Assembly: GCA_964016885.1 (NCBI GenBank) | Contig: OZ024742.1 | Location: 28,272,001-28,336,000, forward strand | Source: Eledone cirrhosa | Lineage: Eukaryota | Reading direction: 5' to 3' | Length of the DNA: 64,000 nucleotides | In this document: in pieces, positions 26,050-40,388 of the stretch | Position numbering within the stretch: the first letter of the stretch is position 1 | How the letters are laid out: each line of letters begins with the position of its first letter | Notes under the pieces: generated by a model | What the model saw: the letters and a program-made list of their open reading frames with translations, nothing else | The model's database searches: none | What the model was told of the DNA's origin: nothing | Translations under genes and position numbers: made by a program

Positions 26050-26886
26050 TTACGGGGCTACCTTTCTTCTTGGGTTTGGGTTTGAACTGCAGCGGACGTG
26101 GCGATGGTCAGTGTGGCTCTCTGCACTGAGCATCACTCTCATGTGTAGAACATCTTTCAGGTCCCATTGGCGCACAAGCACATAGTCAAGTAGATGCCAA
26201 TGTTTGGACCGAGGATGCATCCAAGTTGTTTTCAGGCGGTCTTTCTGTTGGAAGATTGTGTTGGTATTGGCAAGTTGTTGCTCTGTGCAGAACTCGAGCA
26301 GGAGGCGCCCGTTGTCGTTACAGCCACCAATGCCGTGTCTTCCAAGGACTCCTTTCCAGGCCTCAGAGTCCCTCACAACTCTTGCGTTGAAGTCGCCAAG
26401 GATCAGGACCTTGTCATCTGCAGCGGTGTTGTTCAAGAGTCTGTGCAGATCAGAATAGAAACTGTCTTTGTCCGCAGCATCTGCCAGTAGCGTTGGAGCA
26501 TAGACACTGAAGAGCGTGAGATGTTGTTTGCTCTCCAATGGTAGGCGCATGGATATGATGCGATCCGAGTGGCCCATGGGTAATGTTTCCAGATTGGAGG
26601 CAATGGAATTCATCACCATGAGACCCACACCTGACAAGCGTCTTCCAGATGATGGTTTCCCGGACCAGAAAAGGGTGTAGCCAGCGCCACATTCTTTGAG
26701 GCTGCCCTCGTCAGCGAAGCGGACCTCGCTGAGAGCTGCTATGTCAATGTTGAGGTGGGAGAGTTCATGGGCTATGAGAGCCGAACGATGTTCCGGGTAG
26801 CTGCTGTCAGCCTTGTCAAGCATAGCCCTGACATTCCAGCAGGCAACTTTCAAGTCCTGCTTACTTTTCTTTAGTTTTGTTTCCAT
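26050..26886 (-). pseudogene. APE-like endonuclease domain of the RTE ORF
   Basis: ACWNVRAM, DIAALSEVR, SVYAPT, ILGDFNARV, WHLLDYVLV, TDH motifs. Confidence 0.95.
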
Positions 26887-27022
26887 GTTTGTTCGACCGC
26901 TCTGAAGATGCCCGTTGACCGCGGCTAGCCAACTGGGTATAGAGGAGACGAGCTTTGTTTAGGTGAACCTTTTCTACCGCCCCTCTCCATGTGGAGCAGG
27001 CAGTGCTCACTCTAGATAGGGC

Positions 27023-27240
27023 TGCCCTTACTAACACCAACCTCATTTACAGTGAGTGCTGGGTGCTTTTTTGCGTGGCACCTTCACGACCACTTTGCAG
27101 TGGAATGATAGGGACTGCAGTCCCTATCATCACATTTCTACAGCTGAGTAAACTGGAGCAATGTGAAATAAAGTGTCTTGCTCAAGGAAACAACACATCA
27201 CCCGGTCTGAGAATTGAACTCACAACCTTTCGATTGCAAT
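27023..27240 (-). mobile_element. tRNA-SINE family A, 5'-truncated and fused to the LINE 5' end
   Basis: Matches 14328-14515; ends in ggtgttagtaagggca and continues directly into the LINE 5'UTR. Confidence 0.85.
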
Positions 27241-27362
27241 ATATATATAAGTATGTATATATAAGTATATATATATATAAGTATATATAAGTATATATAT
27301 ATATATATATAAATATATATATATACGTATATATATATATAAATATATATATATACGTATAT

Positions 27363-27395
<33 letters not shown>

Positions 27396-27454
27396 CGTAT
27401 ATAAATATATATAAATATATATATATATATACGTATATAAATATATATAAATAT

Positions 27455-27531
<77 letters not shown>

Positions 27532-27738
27532 AATATATATAAATATATAAATATATATTTATTAAAATAACAGATTAAAGTTTAAGCAAAGAATCGCTGC
27601 TTTCACCCTTAACGGGATCTTCTGAAACTAACAAAGTCAATCTGTGAACGCAGAAGTGAATATTTCAAAAAACGTTGTAACCGAAGGTAGACGGGAAGAC
27701 GATACTTTGGTTTGTGGAAACGTATATATAGACATATA

Positions 27739-27770
<32 letters not shown>

Positions 27771-27773
<3 letters not shown>

Positions 27774-28573
27774 GTGAACGGCAAAGCATAAACGAACTAA
27801 GGAAAAAATTAGAAATAAGAGGGATCAGATGTTGTTTACTCGAGAGAAGGCTACGTTGGTACGGTCACGTGATGCGCATGAAAGACGACAGCTGTATAAC
27901 AAAGTGCAGGGCAATAAAGATAGACGGTAGCCACGGAGTAGGCAGACCCAGAAAAACATGGGACGAGCTGATAAATTCCGACCTCACACGCTTACACCTC
28001 TCCAAGACAATGTCACTGGACCGAGACCTTTGGCGGTACTCAGTAATAGAGAAGACCCGCCTTACCTAAATACAAAGTAAAAACCTACTACAGTCAGTAG
28101 GCACCTCTATCAAAACACACCCCCGTCCCACCACCTCCACCCCACCCACACCGCCCCTTTCAATGTAAAGTTATGTTGGTCCCACAACATCCAGGCCGAA
28201 ACAAATGAGATCGTGTAGGTGTCACGACAAAAAACACACAGTCCACGCTGTAAATGTGGCCGTGTAGGCAACACGGTAAAAACCTCCCAGCCCCACACTG
28301 TAAATGTGGTTGGTGTTAGGAAGGGCATCCAGCTGTAGAAAACCCGCCAGACAGTCCACGCTGTAATGTGGCCGTGTAGGCAACACGGTAAAACCTCCCA
28401 GCCCCACACTGTAAATGTGGTTGGTGTTAGGAAGGGCATCCAACTGTAGAAAACCCGCCAGACAGTCCTATGCGAGCAAGACAACCACTCTTGCCTCAAG
28501 TGGGAAAACCCCCGTCCAAACCCATGCAAGCGTGGAACACGGACGCTAAACCTGATGATGATGATGATGATGA

Positions 28574-28577
<4 letters not shown>
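27771..28577 (+). mobile_element. 5'-truncated RTE LINE (family A), second copy, with ~113-bp tandem duplication in the 3'UTR
   Basis: ORF 27869..28069 is nearly identical to the end of 13050..13448; (GAT)n tail; TA-flanked. Confidence 0.93.
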
Positions 28578-28618
<41 letters not shown>

Positions 28619-28630
28619 TATATATATATA

Positions 28631-28792
28631 GGAAAATGTATGACCCCGACGGCAGAGCTCAAGCTGTTTCGACGAAACGGCTTGAGGTCTGCCATCAGGG
28701 TCATATATTTTCCTATTACCCACTCTACTACCCTAAGTAGTACTAACTCTGGTGCATTATGGTCCATCTGGTTCCTTACCACAACTCCGTTA
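28631..28792 (+). mobile_element. Short hairpin-headed repeat family HP-A (copy 1)
   Basis: ~40-bp arm fold-back then tattacccactctactacc...ttatggtccatctgg; homologues at 39864 and 57273. Confidence 0.85.
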
Positions 28793-28793
28793 T

Positions 28794-29175
28794 ATCATTA
28801 TCATCATCATCGTTTAACGTCTGTGTTCCATGCTTGCATGGGTTTGGACGGGAGTTTTCCCACTTGAGGCAAGAGTGGTTGTCTTGCTCGCATAGGACTG
28901 TCTGGCGGGTTTTCTACAGTTGGATGCCCTTCCTAACAGCAACCACATTTACAGTGTGGGGCTGGGAGGTTTTTACCATGTTGCCTACACGGCCACATTA
29001 CAGCGTGGACTGTCTGGCAGGTTTTCTACAGCTGGATGCCCTTCCTAACACCAACCACATTTACAGTGTGGGACTGGGACGTTTTTACCGTGTTGCCTAC
29101 ACGGTCACATTACAGCGTGGACTGTGTGTTTTTTTTTCGTGACACCTACACGATCTCATTTGTTTCGGCCTGGAT
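28794..29175 (-). mobile_element. RTE family A 3'UTR copy in inverted orientation
   Basis: Reverse complement of 28189-28577, including the internal duplication. Confidence 0.92.
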
Positions 29176-29234
29176 TTTATATATATATATATATATATAT
29201 TTAAATATATATATAAATATATATATATATAAAT

Positions 29235-29269
<35 letters not shown>

Positions 29270-30334
29270 AATATATATATATATTAAAATACAAATATTA
29301 ATAAAATAGATGTTCTTTTCATCAATTACATTTTATTATACATATTTTGGATGTACAACTGTACGTCGTCATCATATATAAATATATATATATATAAATA
29401 CATATATATATATATAAATACATATATATATATATAAATACATATATACCCATGCAAGCGTGGAACACGGACGTTAAACGTTGATGATGATGATGATATA
29501 GATAAATATATATAAATATATATATTTATATAAATATATATATATATATAAATGTATATATATATATATATATATGTAGATAAATCTACCAAGAGATGCA
29601 ATGAAAAAACAGTTGCCAATTCTAACACATATATATCCTAGAAACGATCGTTAAATAATGAACTTTTTTTGTTTAATATAAGGAACTGTTTCATTGTTTT
29701 ATTCATTATTTTTTTAATACTTTATATATATATATATATATATAAATGTATATATATATAAATGTATATATATAAATATATATATATATTAATATATATA
29801 TATCTAAATATAAATATAAATTCAGCAAGAATCGCATATATAGCATGGAAGATAGACGTTAAACGATGATGATATATGATTCCTATATCTATAGATATAT
29901 ATATGTATGTATATATATATATATATAAAGAACCAGAAATGATACCATCAGGTTGCTCTCCCTTAGATTGTTAATGACTGGTGATAAATTAATCACCACT
30001 TCTAAAATTCATAGTGAGGCTATAAAAATGTTTATTTACATGTACGTTTCATTCTGATTCAATATAAACCCAATCATGTATATACATACATATATAGATA
30101 GATAGAAAGATAGGTACTTGGTTTATTTAGCGATAGCTAATCAACCAACCATAGTGTACTCAATATTGAGGACTTGACAAAGTATAGATGTAGGTCTGTG
30201 TACTCTGGAGTATAAGTATAATAACAGCTTGTAACAGTTATATTACAGTTACCATTGAAATATGTATAACAGCAAATATCTAACAAATAAATGTGGTAAA
30301 TTTAAACAACCTCATTGCTTTATAAAGTGGTCAT

Positions 30335-30530
30335 GTAGGCGCCACGACAAAAAGCGCCCAGAACACACTGTAAATATGGTTGGTGTTAGGAAGGACATCC
30401 AGCCATAGACACCAAGTCCAAACTAGTTCTGTATGGGTAAGACATGGTCATCAAATCTGGCTTGTCTCACAACAAGGTAACTCATCTAACTCATGGTTGT
30501 GTAGGAAAATGTGCATTAATTGATGATGAT
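30335..30530 (+). mobile_element. Diverged SINE/RTE shared tail
   Basis: cactgtaaatatggttggtgttaggaagg...(GAT)n; similar relics at 32560-32700 and 37110-37265. Confidence 0.7.
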
Positions 30531-30558
<28 letters not shown>

Positions 30559-30561
<3 letters not shown>

Positions 30562-30795
30562 AAAAAGATGAAATCGAAAATGCAACTGGCGTCTTATTTT
30601 TAAAAAAAATATATATATTTATTTGGTTCCTTTACCGGTTTCGCCGTTCTTCTGCTTTTCAAGGAACCAAATAAATATATATATTTTTTTAAAAAATAAA
30701 ACTCCAGTTGCATTTTCGATTTCATCTTTTTTTCTGTATACTTTCACTCGTGTAGGACACCTCGGTCATTTTTCATTTTGTAAAAAAAACCTCAC

Positions 30796-30802
<7 letters not shown>
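30559..30802. mobile_element. Fold-back element with ~75-bp arms whose loop is a variant hammerhead core
   Basis: Minus strand ttcc-TTGAAAA-gc(loop)gc-GAAA-ccgg-TA-aaggaa at 30625-30668; TA tracts on both sides. Confidence 0.75.
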
Positions 30803-30826
<24 letters not shown>

Positions 30827-31639
30827 AATATATATGAATAAAATTAGTCCTTCATCAGTGATCTTCCAACCTTCATTGGTATTTCATCAATTTAAAAATC
30901 ATATACCTCTAGTTGGTGCGAGCAATAACTAAATAATGTTATTGGGACAAGTAAAATAGAGTGAAGCAAGCGAGACATGTAAACAAACAAAGATGGTATT
31001 GCAACGGAAAGATAGGAAGAGACAAGTACATGATATCTATAAGCTTAAGCTTGGTGAAATCATGGATGAGAGATACAGACCATCCGACCTGGGTGAGATG
31101 TGAGCGAGAAAAGGATTTCACACAGGTCAAACGGGAGGAAGTGAGAGAGGGGTAGAAGCAGAGAGTGAGTGAGTGGAATTTGTGAGGAAGAGGCCAGCTG
31201 AGAGAGAGTGTGACTGGCAGAGGGGGTAAAAGAAGGTGAGAGATACAGAGAGAGGGGAAGCAGTAAGAAAGAAACAGACAGGTCGCAGCTGAGGAAAAAA
31301 TATAAATATAAGAGTAGTGTTTTGTGGTTGCACATGGGTTACATATATAAATAAATAAGATTGTTATTGCTCCAATCATTTCACAAAACACTTAACAAAC
31401 ACCCAAAACTGAACGCCAACCTGCACTCATGACTGCTGCTAAATATGTTTTAGCAGGAAGGAAACGGAATGGCTGTTTTCAGTCCCAGTCATCTCTAATG
31501 CCACAAGACCATAGATGGACATTGTTATCTGCAGATAATAACAAAGTAAAACATTTGAAAGCTATAAATTAAATTTCTACTCAAGCCAAGAGACGCTTGT
31601 CTCTCTCTTGGTTATTCGGGGTATGTTTTGCTGTTGTGC

Positions 31640-32220
31640 GTGTGTGTGGGGGGGGGGGGGCATTTGTTGTTGTTGTGGTGGTGGTGGTGGTTTGGTGGTG
31701 GGGCATTTGTTGTTGTTGTGGTGGTGGTGGTGGTGGTGTGTTGGTGGAGCATTTGTTGTTGTTGTTGTGGTGGTGGTGGTGGGGCATTTGTTTTCTTTTG
31801 CCCATCAATTTCAAAATATTAGACAAAGATAATTTTTATCTTGTTTACTCTCATCTTTCTTTCTCTCATCTCTTTCTCCCTCCTTCCCATTCCATTTCTC
31901 GCTCTTGTATGCAGCTTTATCACTCTCTCTCCCTCCCATATTTCATTGCTCTTTCCTCTCCCTTTCTATCATTCTCTCATTCTATCTATCTCTCCCTCCC
32001 TCCCTCTTTCCCATCCTCGTCTTCTTTGCCCACTAATTCCTGAGAGGATCATGGAAGGAGAGCTTGAGAACTCTCAAGAAGAAGAAGAAGAAAAAGAAGA
32101 AAAAAGAGAAGAAAAATAAAAAGAAGAAAAAGAAAAAGAAGAAAATGAAGAAGAAAAGAAGAAAAAGGAAAAGAAAAGAAGAAAAGGAAAAGAAGAAGAA
32201 AAATAAAAAGAAGAAGAAGA
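31640..32220. repeat. (GGT/GTT)n, CT-rich and (GAA)n low-complexity tracts
   Basis: Direct inspection. Confidence 0.9.
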
Positions 32221-32830
32221 ACCCTATCTTCTGTTTATATCAACAACATGGCTAAATGGTAAGGGATATGCTTTCCAATCATTAGGTCATGGGTTCAACC
32301 TCACTATGTGACATCTTGAGTAACCAGGGCACCGTGAGACCCAGCATTTTGTCTGTGTGTAATTAGTAGATGGAAACCTTTTGGAAGCCTGTTGGGTGGA
32401 CTGTACCTGTAATTTAAGAACCAGCTTAGTCACACACTGACAATGAATATTCTGGTTGTTCAATCAATGGAACAGCCAGCTCATGAAATGAACATGTAAG
32501 TGTCTGAACATTCTACAATCATGCATAACCTTAATATAACTTACAAAGAGATTCACTCCACACTGTAATGTATTTGGTATTAGGAAGGACATTCAGTTAT
32601 AGAAACCAAGCCAGAAACAATTCTGTATGAGAAAGACATGGTCACCTTATCTGACATAACTCACAATCGCATGGAAAATAGATGTTAAATGGTGATGATG
32701 TTTCAGCATAGGAGTGTGTGACAGGGCAAGCTCCTTGAATTACAGATATAGTCAATAAAGTGGGCTTCCAAATAGTTTCCATCTACAACTACAGGGTGTG
32801 ACAAAAGTAACAGCTTTTTTTTTCTATTAA

Positions 32831-33190
32831 TTAACCCTTTACCATTTACATTACTCTATATATACTATTTCATTTTCACAGTAAAACATACATCTCACTT
32901 AATATTGAATCTAAAAGAATTGGATCATCATCATTTCACATCCGCTTTTCTCTGCTTGCAAGGGTTGGACAGGTCTTATTAAGCACGGCATCGTCACAGT
33001 CCTTTATCATCTCCTCCGTGAGCTTCAGCGATCTGAGGTCTGCTGTCACCACCCATGTTTTTCATGATCTTCTTTGGATATTATTTATTTTGAGAACAAT
33101 ACCTTAATGTCGGTATGAGGAACCGGTTATGACCAGTTTGTACAGAAAGAGTTGAGAGAATTCTGGCTGGTTTAAATGCTAAAGTGTTAA
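32831..33190. mobile_element. piggyBac-type MITE (family 1) with an RTE 3' fragment inserted at ~32925-33075
   Basis: TTAA-CCCTTTA..CATTTA ... TAAATGCTAAAGTG-TTAA; insert reads KTWVVTADLRSLKLTEEMIKD on - with a (CAT)n tail. Confidence 0.8.
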
Positions 33191-33778
33191 ACTTATTGAA
33201 AATAAATTTCAGTAGTTTAAGAAAATATTTTTGTTCAATAAAATTAAATAAATAAAACGAGGAGATTACTTTTGCTGCAATCTATATTTTACTGATATGG
33301 CATTGGTTCACTCAGAGCTCTGGTAAATATTCCTTGTCCAGGATGCCATATAGTGGGATTGAACCTGGGACTTGAGGATTACAAAGTGAACTACTTAACC
33401 ATTCAGCCATACTCTGTTTACGATTGTTAAATCCTGCAACTTAACAAAACACTAAGTTCCACTTGAAAGTCTACCATTTTATAGTACCTACAGTGAAACG
33501 ATGATAAAACAGAATAACTCGCATTCATTACTTCTCAGTGGAACACAGTCACACACACACACACACACACACATTGACATAGTCACACACACACACATTG
33601 ACAGAGACACACATACACATTGACATACAGACACTCACACATTTATATTTATATATATATACACGCATGCACACACACACACACACATCTGAATATCCCT
33701 ATATACTCATTTACATATATGCACTCATACACTCACACATATAAAATCAGATATCTACATACATACTTTATATATCTA

Positions 33779-33823
<45 letters not shown>

Positions 33824-34027
33824 GTATATCTGTGTATATATATATATGTATTCAAGTTATATCTGTATAAATAGTGTGTATAACTTTCTTAGTATATATA
33901 TATATGTATATATATATATGGGGAGAGAGAGACAATCAACCCATCATACTTCTACATAAAATAAACCAAACAAAAAATAAGTCCCACAAATGCTAACACA
34001 AAATTATGAGAAAATATCCAACAAAAC

Positions 34028-34530
34028 CCCCACCACCACCAACAACAGTACTACCACCACCAACCCCACCACCAACAGCACCACCACCACCGCCTCCAAC
34101 AACAACAGTACCACCACCACCAACAACAACAACAACTATAACAGTACCACCACCAACCCCACCACCAACAGCACCACCACCACCTCCAACAACAACAGTA
34201 CCACCACCACCAACAACAACAACAACTATAACAGTACCACCACCACCACCACCACCACCACCACCACCAACAACAACTATAACAGTACCACCACCACCAA
34301 CAACAACAGTACTACCACCACCACCACCAACGGCTATAACACTACCACCACCACCAACAGCTATAACACTACCACCACCACCACCAACAGCTATAACACT
34401 ACCACCACCACCAACAACTATAACAGTAACACCACCACCACCACCTCCACCAACAACAACAACAACAACAACAGTACCACCACCACCACCACCACCACCA
34501 ACAACTATAACAGTACCACTAGAACAACTA
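34028..34530. repeat. (ACC/AAC)n-derived minisatellite
   Basis: Recurring aacaactataacagtaccaccacc units. Confidence 0.9.
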
Positions 34531-34647
34531 GCGGGAATGGTCCCACCATGGGGTTGGAGGCTGTTATATCAATATACAGTTGGTGTTTCATGAACTGGAG
34601 CTAACTGAATAATAATGTTGTGTGCTTTTCAGTTGTTTTATTACATT

Positions 34648-36092
<1,445 letters not shown>

Positions 36093-36647
36093 ATGTGTAT
36101 ATAATGTATATACGTGTATATGTGTGTGTGTCTATGTCTATATTTTACACTGATTACTGACACGTGTTACCATGTTATGAAATGCTATCATCATCATCAT
36201 CATTGGTAATAGTATTACCATTAAGGCGTTAGAGGGCAGAACCAGTAGAGGGTCCGACAAATTACATACTATGTAAAGGAAATTGTTACTATTGTTACTA
36301 TTATTGTTACATCTACTACTACTGCTACTACTGCTACTACTACTACTACTATTATTATTCTTATTGTTTTTCTCTTGTTTTGATTATTGTTGTCAGTAAT
36401 GTTGTTTTTATTGATGTGCCTGTTGGGGATGTTATTTTGATTATTATCATCATATATAGAAGTATTATTATTATTATTATTATTAGTAGTAGTAGTAGTA
36501 GTAGTAGAGGCAGCCATTTCAAGAGATGTGTAATGGTCTCTATCATTCGAATGCTAACAAAAGTATAAAAAGATTATATATGCATGAATGTATGAAGAAA
36601 ATGTATATATGTCTATATTTTTACATATTACATGTGTCTATATTGAA

Positions 36648-36762
36648 GGGGCATGGCTTAGTGGTTAGAGAGTTGAATTCACAATTGTGAGTTTGCGAGT
36701 TTGATTCCTGGGCCGAGTGATGTGTTTTCCTTGAGCAAGACGCTTTATTTTCACATTGCTCC
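36648..36762 (+). mobile_element. tRNA-SINE family A head
   Basis: A box tggcttagtgg, B-box-like gtttgattcc, ccttgagcaagacgcttt. Confidence 0.8.
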
Positions 36763-37499
36763 TTCTGCCAGGTTTTGTGAAAGGTAGATAGTATTAACAT
36801 TATTTCCTTGGTCTGATCTGATAAGTTCGACACCACTCATGAATGAGGTCTGAGATCTTGTTGATTTTGATCATATCGATATTTCTTCATATTAGGCTTG
36901 TATACATAAGTTTTTATGTTGTATATATTATGGTGTGTAGATATCTATATTTCTACATACTAGGCTTGCATATATACAACATAGACACACTGTATATATG
37001 TGCTTCCTCTATCCCACCCCAGTTACTTTGTAAAGTGGTTGTTTTGGTTCCACGACAAAAGGTGATCAGTCCACACGCTAAAGTGGTTGTTTTAATGACC
37101 TGATAAAAAGCACCTAGTACATACTATAAATGTTGTTGGTGTTAGGAAGGTCATCAAGCTATAGAACCAAGCCAAAATCAGCTCTGTTTGAACAAGACAT
37201 GGTCATCTGATCTGGCTTGTCTCACATTCGGACAACTCGTTAAACAGTGATAATGATAATGATGAAATGTTTAGTTGTCAACATATTAATGTTGTATATA
37301 TATTATGGTATGGATATGTTTATATTTTTACATATGAATTAACATGGCTGAGTGTTTCAGAAGTGTGCTTGGCTATCATGATACTCCAAGTTCAATACCA
37401 CTCTATGGCACCTTGATCAAGTATTATTAACAGATACACACATTGAAGATTTCTTCATAGTTTCTGTAGCGATCAAGGTTTTTTTTTATTAGACTGGAT

Positions 37500-37790
37500 T
37501 ACTAATAAAGAGAAGTAAACAGAGGCTATTGATTGACACCATCGCTGAATGGCACCTGAAACTGGCTGGACACATTCTGCACATGTCTGAGTACTGGAAC
37601 CTCTCTGTGGCAATGAGAGGGATCCCAGTTGGTGGCAAGAGGTAAAAAGCAAGACCCAAGAAAACCTGGCACTCAACTTTCAAAGAAGATCTCCAGAGAA
37701 TTGGACTGGAATGTTGCAGCTGATCATGTAAATTGGAGACAATTCATTGCACAATGAACCCCAGAGCATAGGAGGACCTAAGACTAAGAC
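37500..37790 (+). pseudogene. RTE-type LINE 3' fragment (another family) with (TAAGAC)2 tail
   Basis: LKLAGHILHM...GGKR*KARPKKTWHSTFKEDL...WRQFIAQ. Confidence 0.8.
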
Positions 37791-39816
37791 AGATAGACCC
37801 ATTATTTCTCAATGAAATTGGGTTAAATGGAAACTGTTGCAAACTTGTCAGATGAACTCAAATATAGGTCTTCATATTTGTAGAGTGAATAACTGGTTCA
37901 AAATTTAGATATTTACAGGCAAAGAATTGTGAGAGTCATAAGAACATTGAATTTGTTTAAGCTGATATTTGGGACATAAATTGACAAACATTCGTTAAAT
38001 TACTATTGTAAAAACGTTATAGAAACACAGAAGGAGGAACACAACAATATTCACTGAATATGTTGCAGAAAAATGTGTGATGAAAGAACTTTGAGAAATT
38101 ATATTCATATTTATATTTTTAACTGTTGGTCAATCAATGATAAACATTGATTGCCAGCTAAATTATTTATAGAAATATATTGTAGTGAAAACCAAACCAA
38201 ACAGTGAGTGTGATCTACTATTTTTGGCAATATTAGAACACCATGACGCTTCCCCAAATATAATAATATCTGTTTCAACACACGATTTTATATCAAAAAC
38301 CTTGCAAAATAAATACATCGCTGCCATAATATGAAATAATTCTAGTAAATTCATAAAAGTTCTTCATTAATTTATCAAAATACAGGGCATTTCATGAGAA
38401 ATTCAGTCACAAAATGTTTAAGCTGATGTTTGGAATATAAATTGACAAAAATTCATATATAGAATTATGACGAAGGATAGTGAAACATTTTATATCATAG
38501 GACCAGGGGCAGTTTCAGGGGTTGGAGATCAAAAGCATTAGGGCTGAAGTATTATTACTAACCCCAATGCAGAACACTTAGTGTTTGTAATGTGGGCTAG
38601 GCTGTGTGAGTGTGTGACTTCCTAACCATTCAAAGTCATGTAAGTAGTATTGCAAACAGATATATTCATATCTAAACAATATTATGTTATATATATTCTT
38701 AAACTACATTTTTCAGAGATGAAATAAACATTGAAGCTACTGAGAGGAACCAATCCAAACCTCACTTTGCTACCATTTAGACTCCCCAGAGACTAAAAAC
38801 TCTTTCTAACAGATTAAACATCAAATATTTATATCCATCTCCAAGCATCAAACACTTATCTCAATTAGAAAATTGTGGTGAAAAAGAAGACATGCCCCTT
38901 CCCCCTACACTTTGATGATACTTCTGTAAATGAAACAAACACCAATTTGCGACAACTAAATACATATATATATCCTCACATACCCTCATATATATCTATG
39001 TTTATCTATATACATATATAGTTCTAGTCTTGTAGATGTCATTTCTATATATACTAAAGATGCCTATACTCTACCAATGTATTGAGTGCCTTCTTTAACT
39101 GTGGTTACCCCACGAACACAACTCAGGAATCTACATATTATATATCCACATACACATATTATATATATATATATATATATATAGATATACATATACACAA
39201 AGGCAACACAAAATAATGTGGGGAGCCAACAGTTAAAATGTAAGCATTTAAAACAATAAACAAAAAAAGGTGAAGAAGGACACATGGTTGAAAATACACA
39301 CACCAAAATATGAACAATGTGTACAGCAGAAATATGTACATTGTATAGAAAGAGAATGGATTTGAGGTGTTGGATCAAGCAGAGGTGTAACTAAGGTATG
39401 ACAAGCACACAACGTGCTATGGGTGCCACTTGAAAGGAGGTGTTCGACATTGACAAGGAGCACTTTCTATTAAAGTGTAACTTTAACCAAATTACAGACA
39501 ACAGACTTGCATCAGTAAAAGCAAAGATGTAGTTGTAATTTTCATGTATTGTTTTCAATAAAAAAATTAATGAACATGATTAGTATTTTTGAGCTGATTT
39601 TCTCTGTGCATATGTGTGTGTGTGTGTATTCAGAAAAGGTGCACACAGGATAAAGACAATGGAAAAAACAAAATAAAAACAGAAAAATGGGCACTCCCAT
39701 CTCTTCAGTCACCCTCTGGAAATCACTAGGTTTCTGTGAAATAAGCTTGATACATTACTATCATTCTCTCTCTGTTTATATATATATCTATATTCAATAT
39801 ATCCATATACACACAC

Positions 39817-39863
<47 letters not shown>

Positions 39864-39865
<2 letters not shown>

Positions 39866-39998
39866 AAAAAATAGCCGTCGAAACGGCTTGAGCTCTGCCG
39901 TCGGGGTCATACTTTCTCCTATTACCCACTCTACTACCCCAAGTATTGAGTACTCTGGTGTGTTATGGTCCATCTGGTTCCTTACCACAATTCCTTCG

Positions 39999-40000
<2 letters not shown>
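39864..40000 (+). mobile_element. HP-A family (copy 2)
   Basis: gtcGAAAcggc...gccgTCggggtc...; pure (TA)n on both sides. Confidence 0.85.
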
Positions 40001-40051
<51 letters not shown>

Positions 40052-40323
40052 TATATATACATACACCCACACATATACACACAGATGACTGAATAAGAAG
40101 GGAAATCCAGTGTATATAAATGGTATCTAATATGTATGCACATGCATATATATATGTGTATGTATTTACATAGATGCATGCATGTGAGCGTGCAAGTGTG
40201 AGGGTGATGAAATGGAAGTTAAATTTAATATAAATACTGTTTAACAAGAAATTTCTAATTTCTTTGGAAAGTCAAAGGTCAAATTTCACTGTGTACAGCT
40301 GATAGGAGATAAATCATTAATAG

Positions 40324-40388
<65 letters not shown>

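Larger units (their letters stand above)
23647..27027 (-). mobile_element. Near full-length RTE-clade LINE, inactivated by frameshifts and stops
   Basis: APE domain, RT motifs (FVDLTKAFDTV, KQGCVPAPTLF, LFADDAAL at ~24600), C-terminal CxxC...HxxxC, and 3' end cttcgttcgcgaagccaagcc(ATG)n. Confidence 0.96.

Noticed and set aside
26890-27025. HDV-like ribozyme in the RTE 5'UTR
   Set aside because: Known for some RTEs, but I could not assemble the nested pseudoknot by eye
31421-31528. Candidate - strand exon after a good acceptor (DNNVHLWSCGIRDDWD*)
   Set aside because: All frames hit stops, the donor is weak and no partner exons were found
33990-34604. Thr/Asn-rich and Pro-rich ORFs resembling mucin or extensin
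   Set aside because: Fully explained by ACC/AAC repeats; no signal peptide or domain
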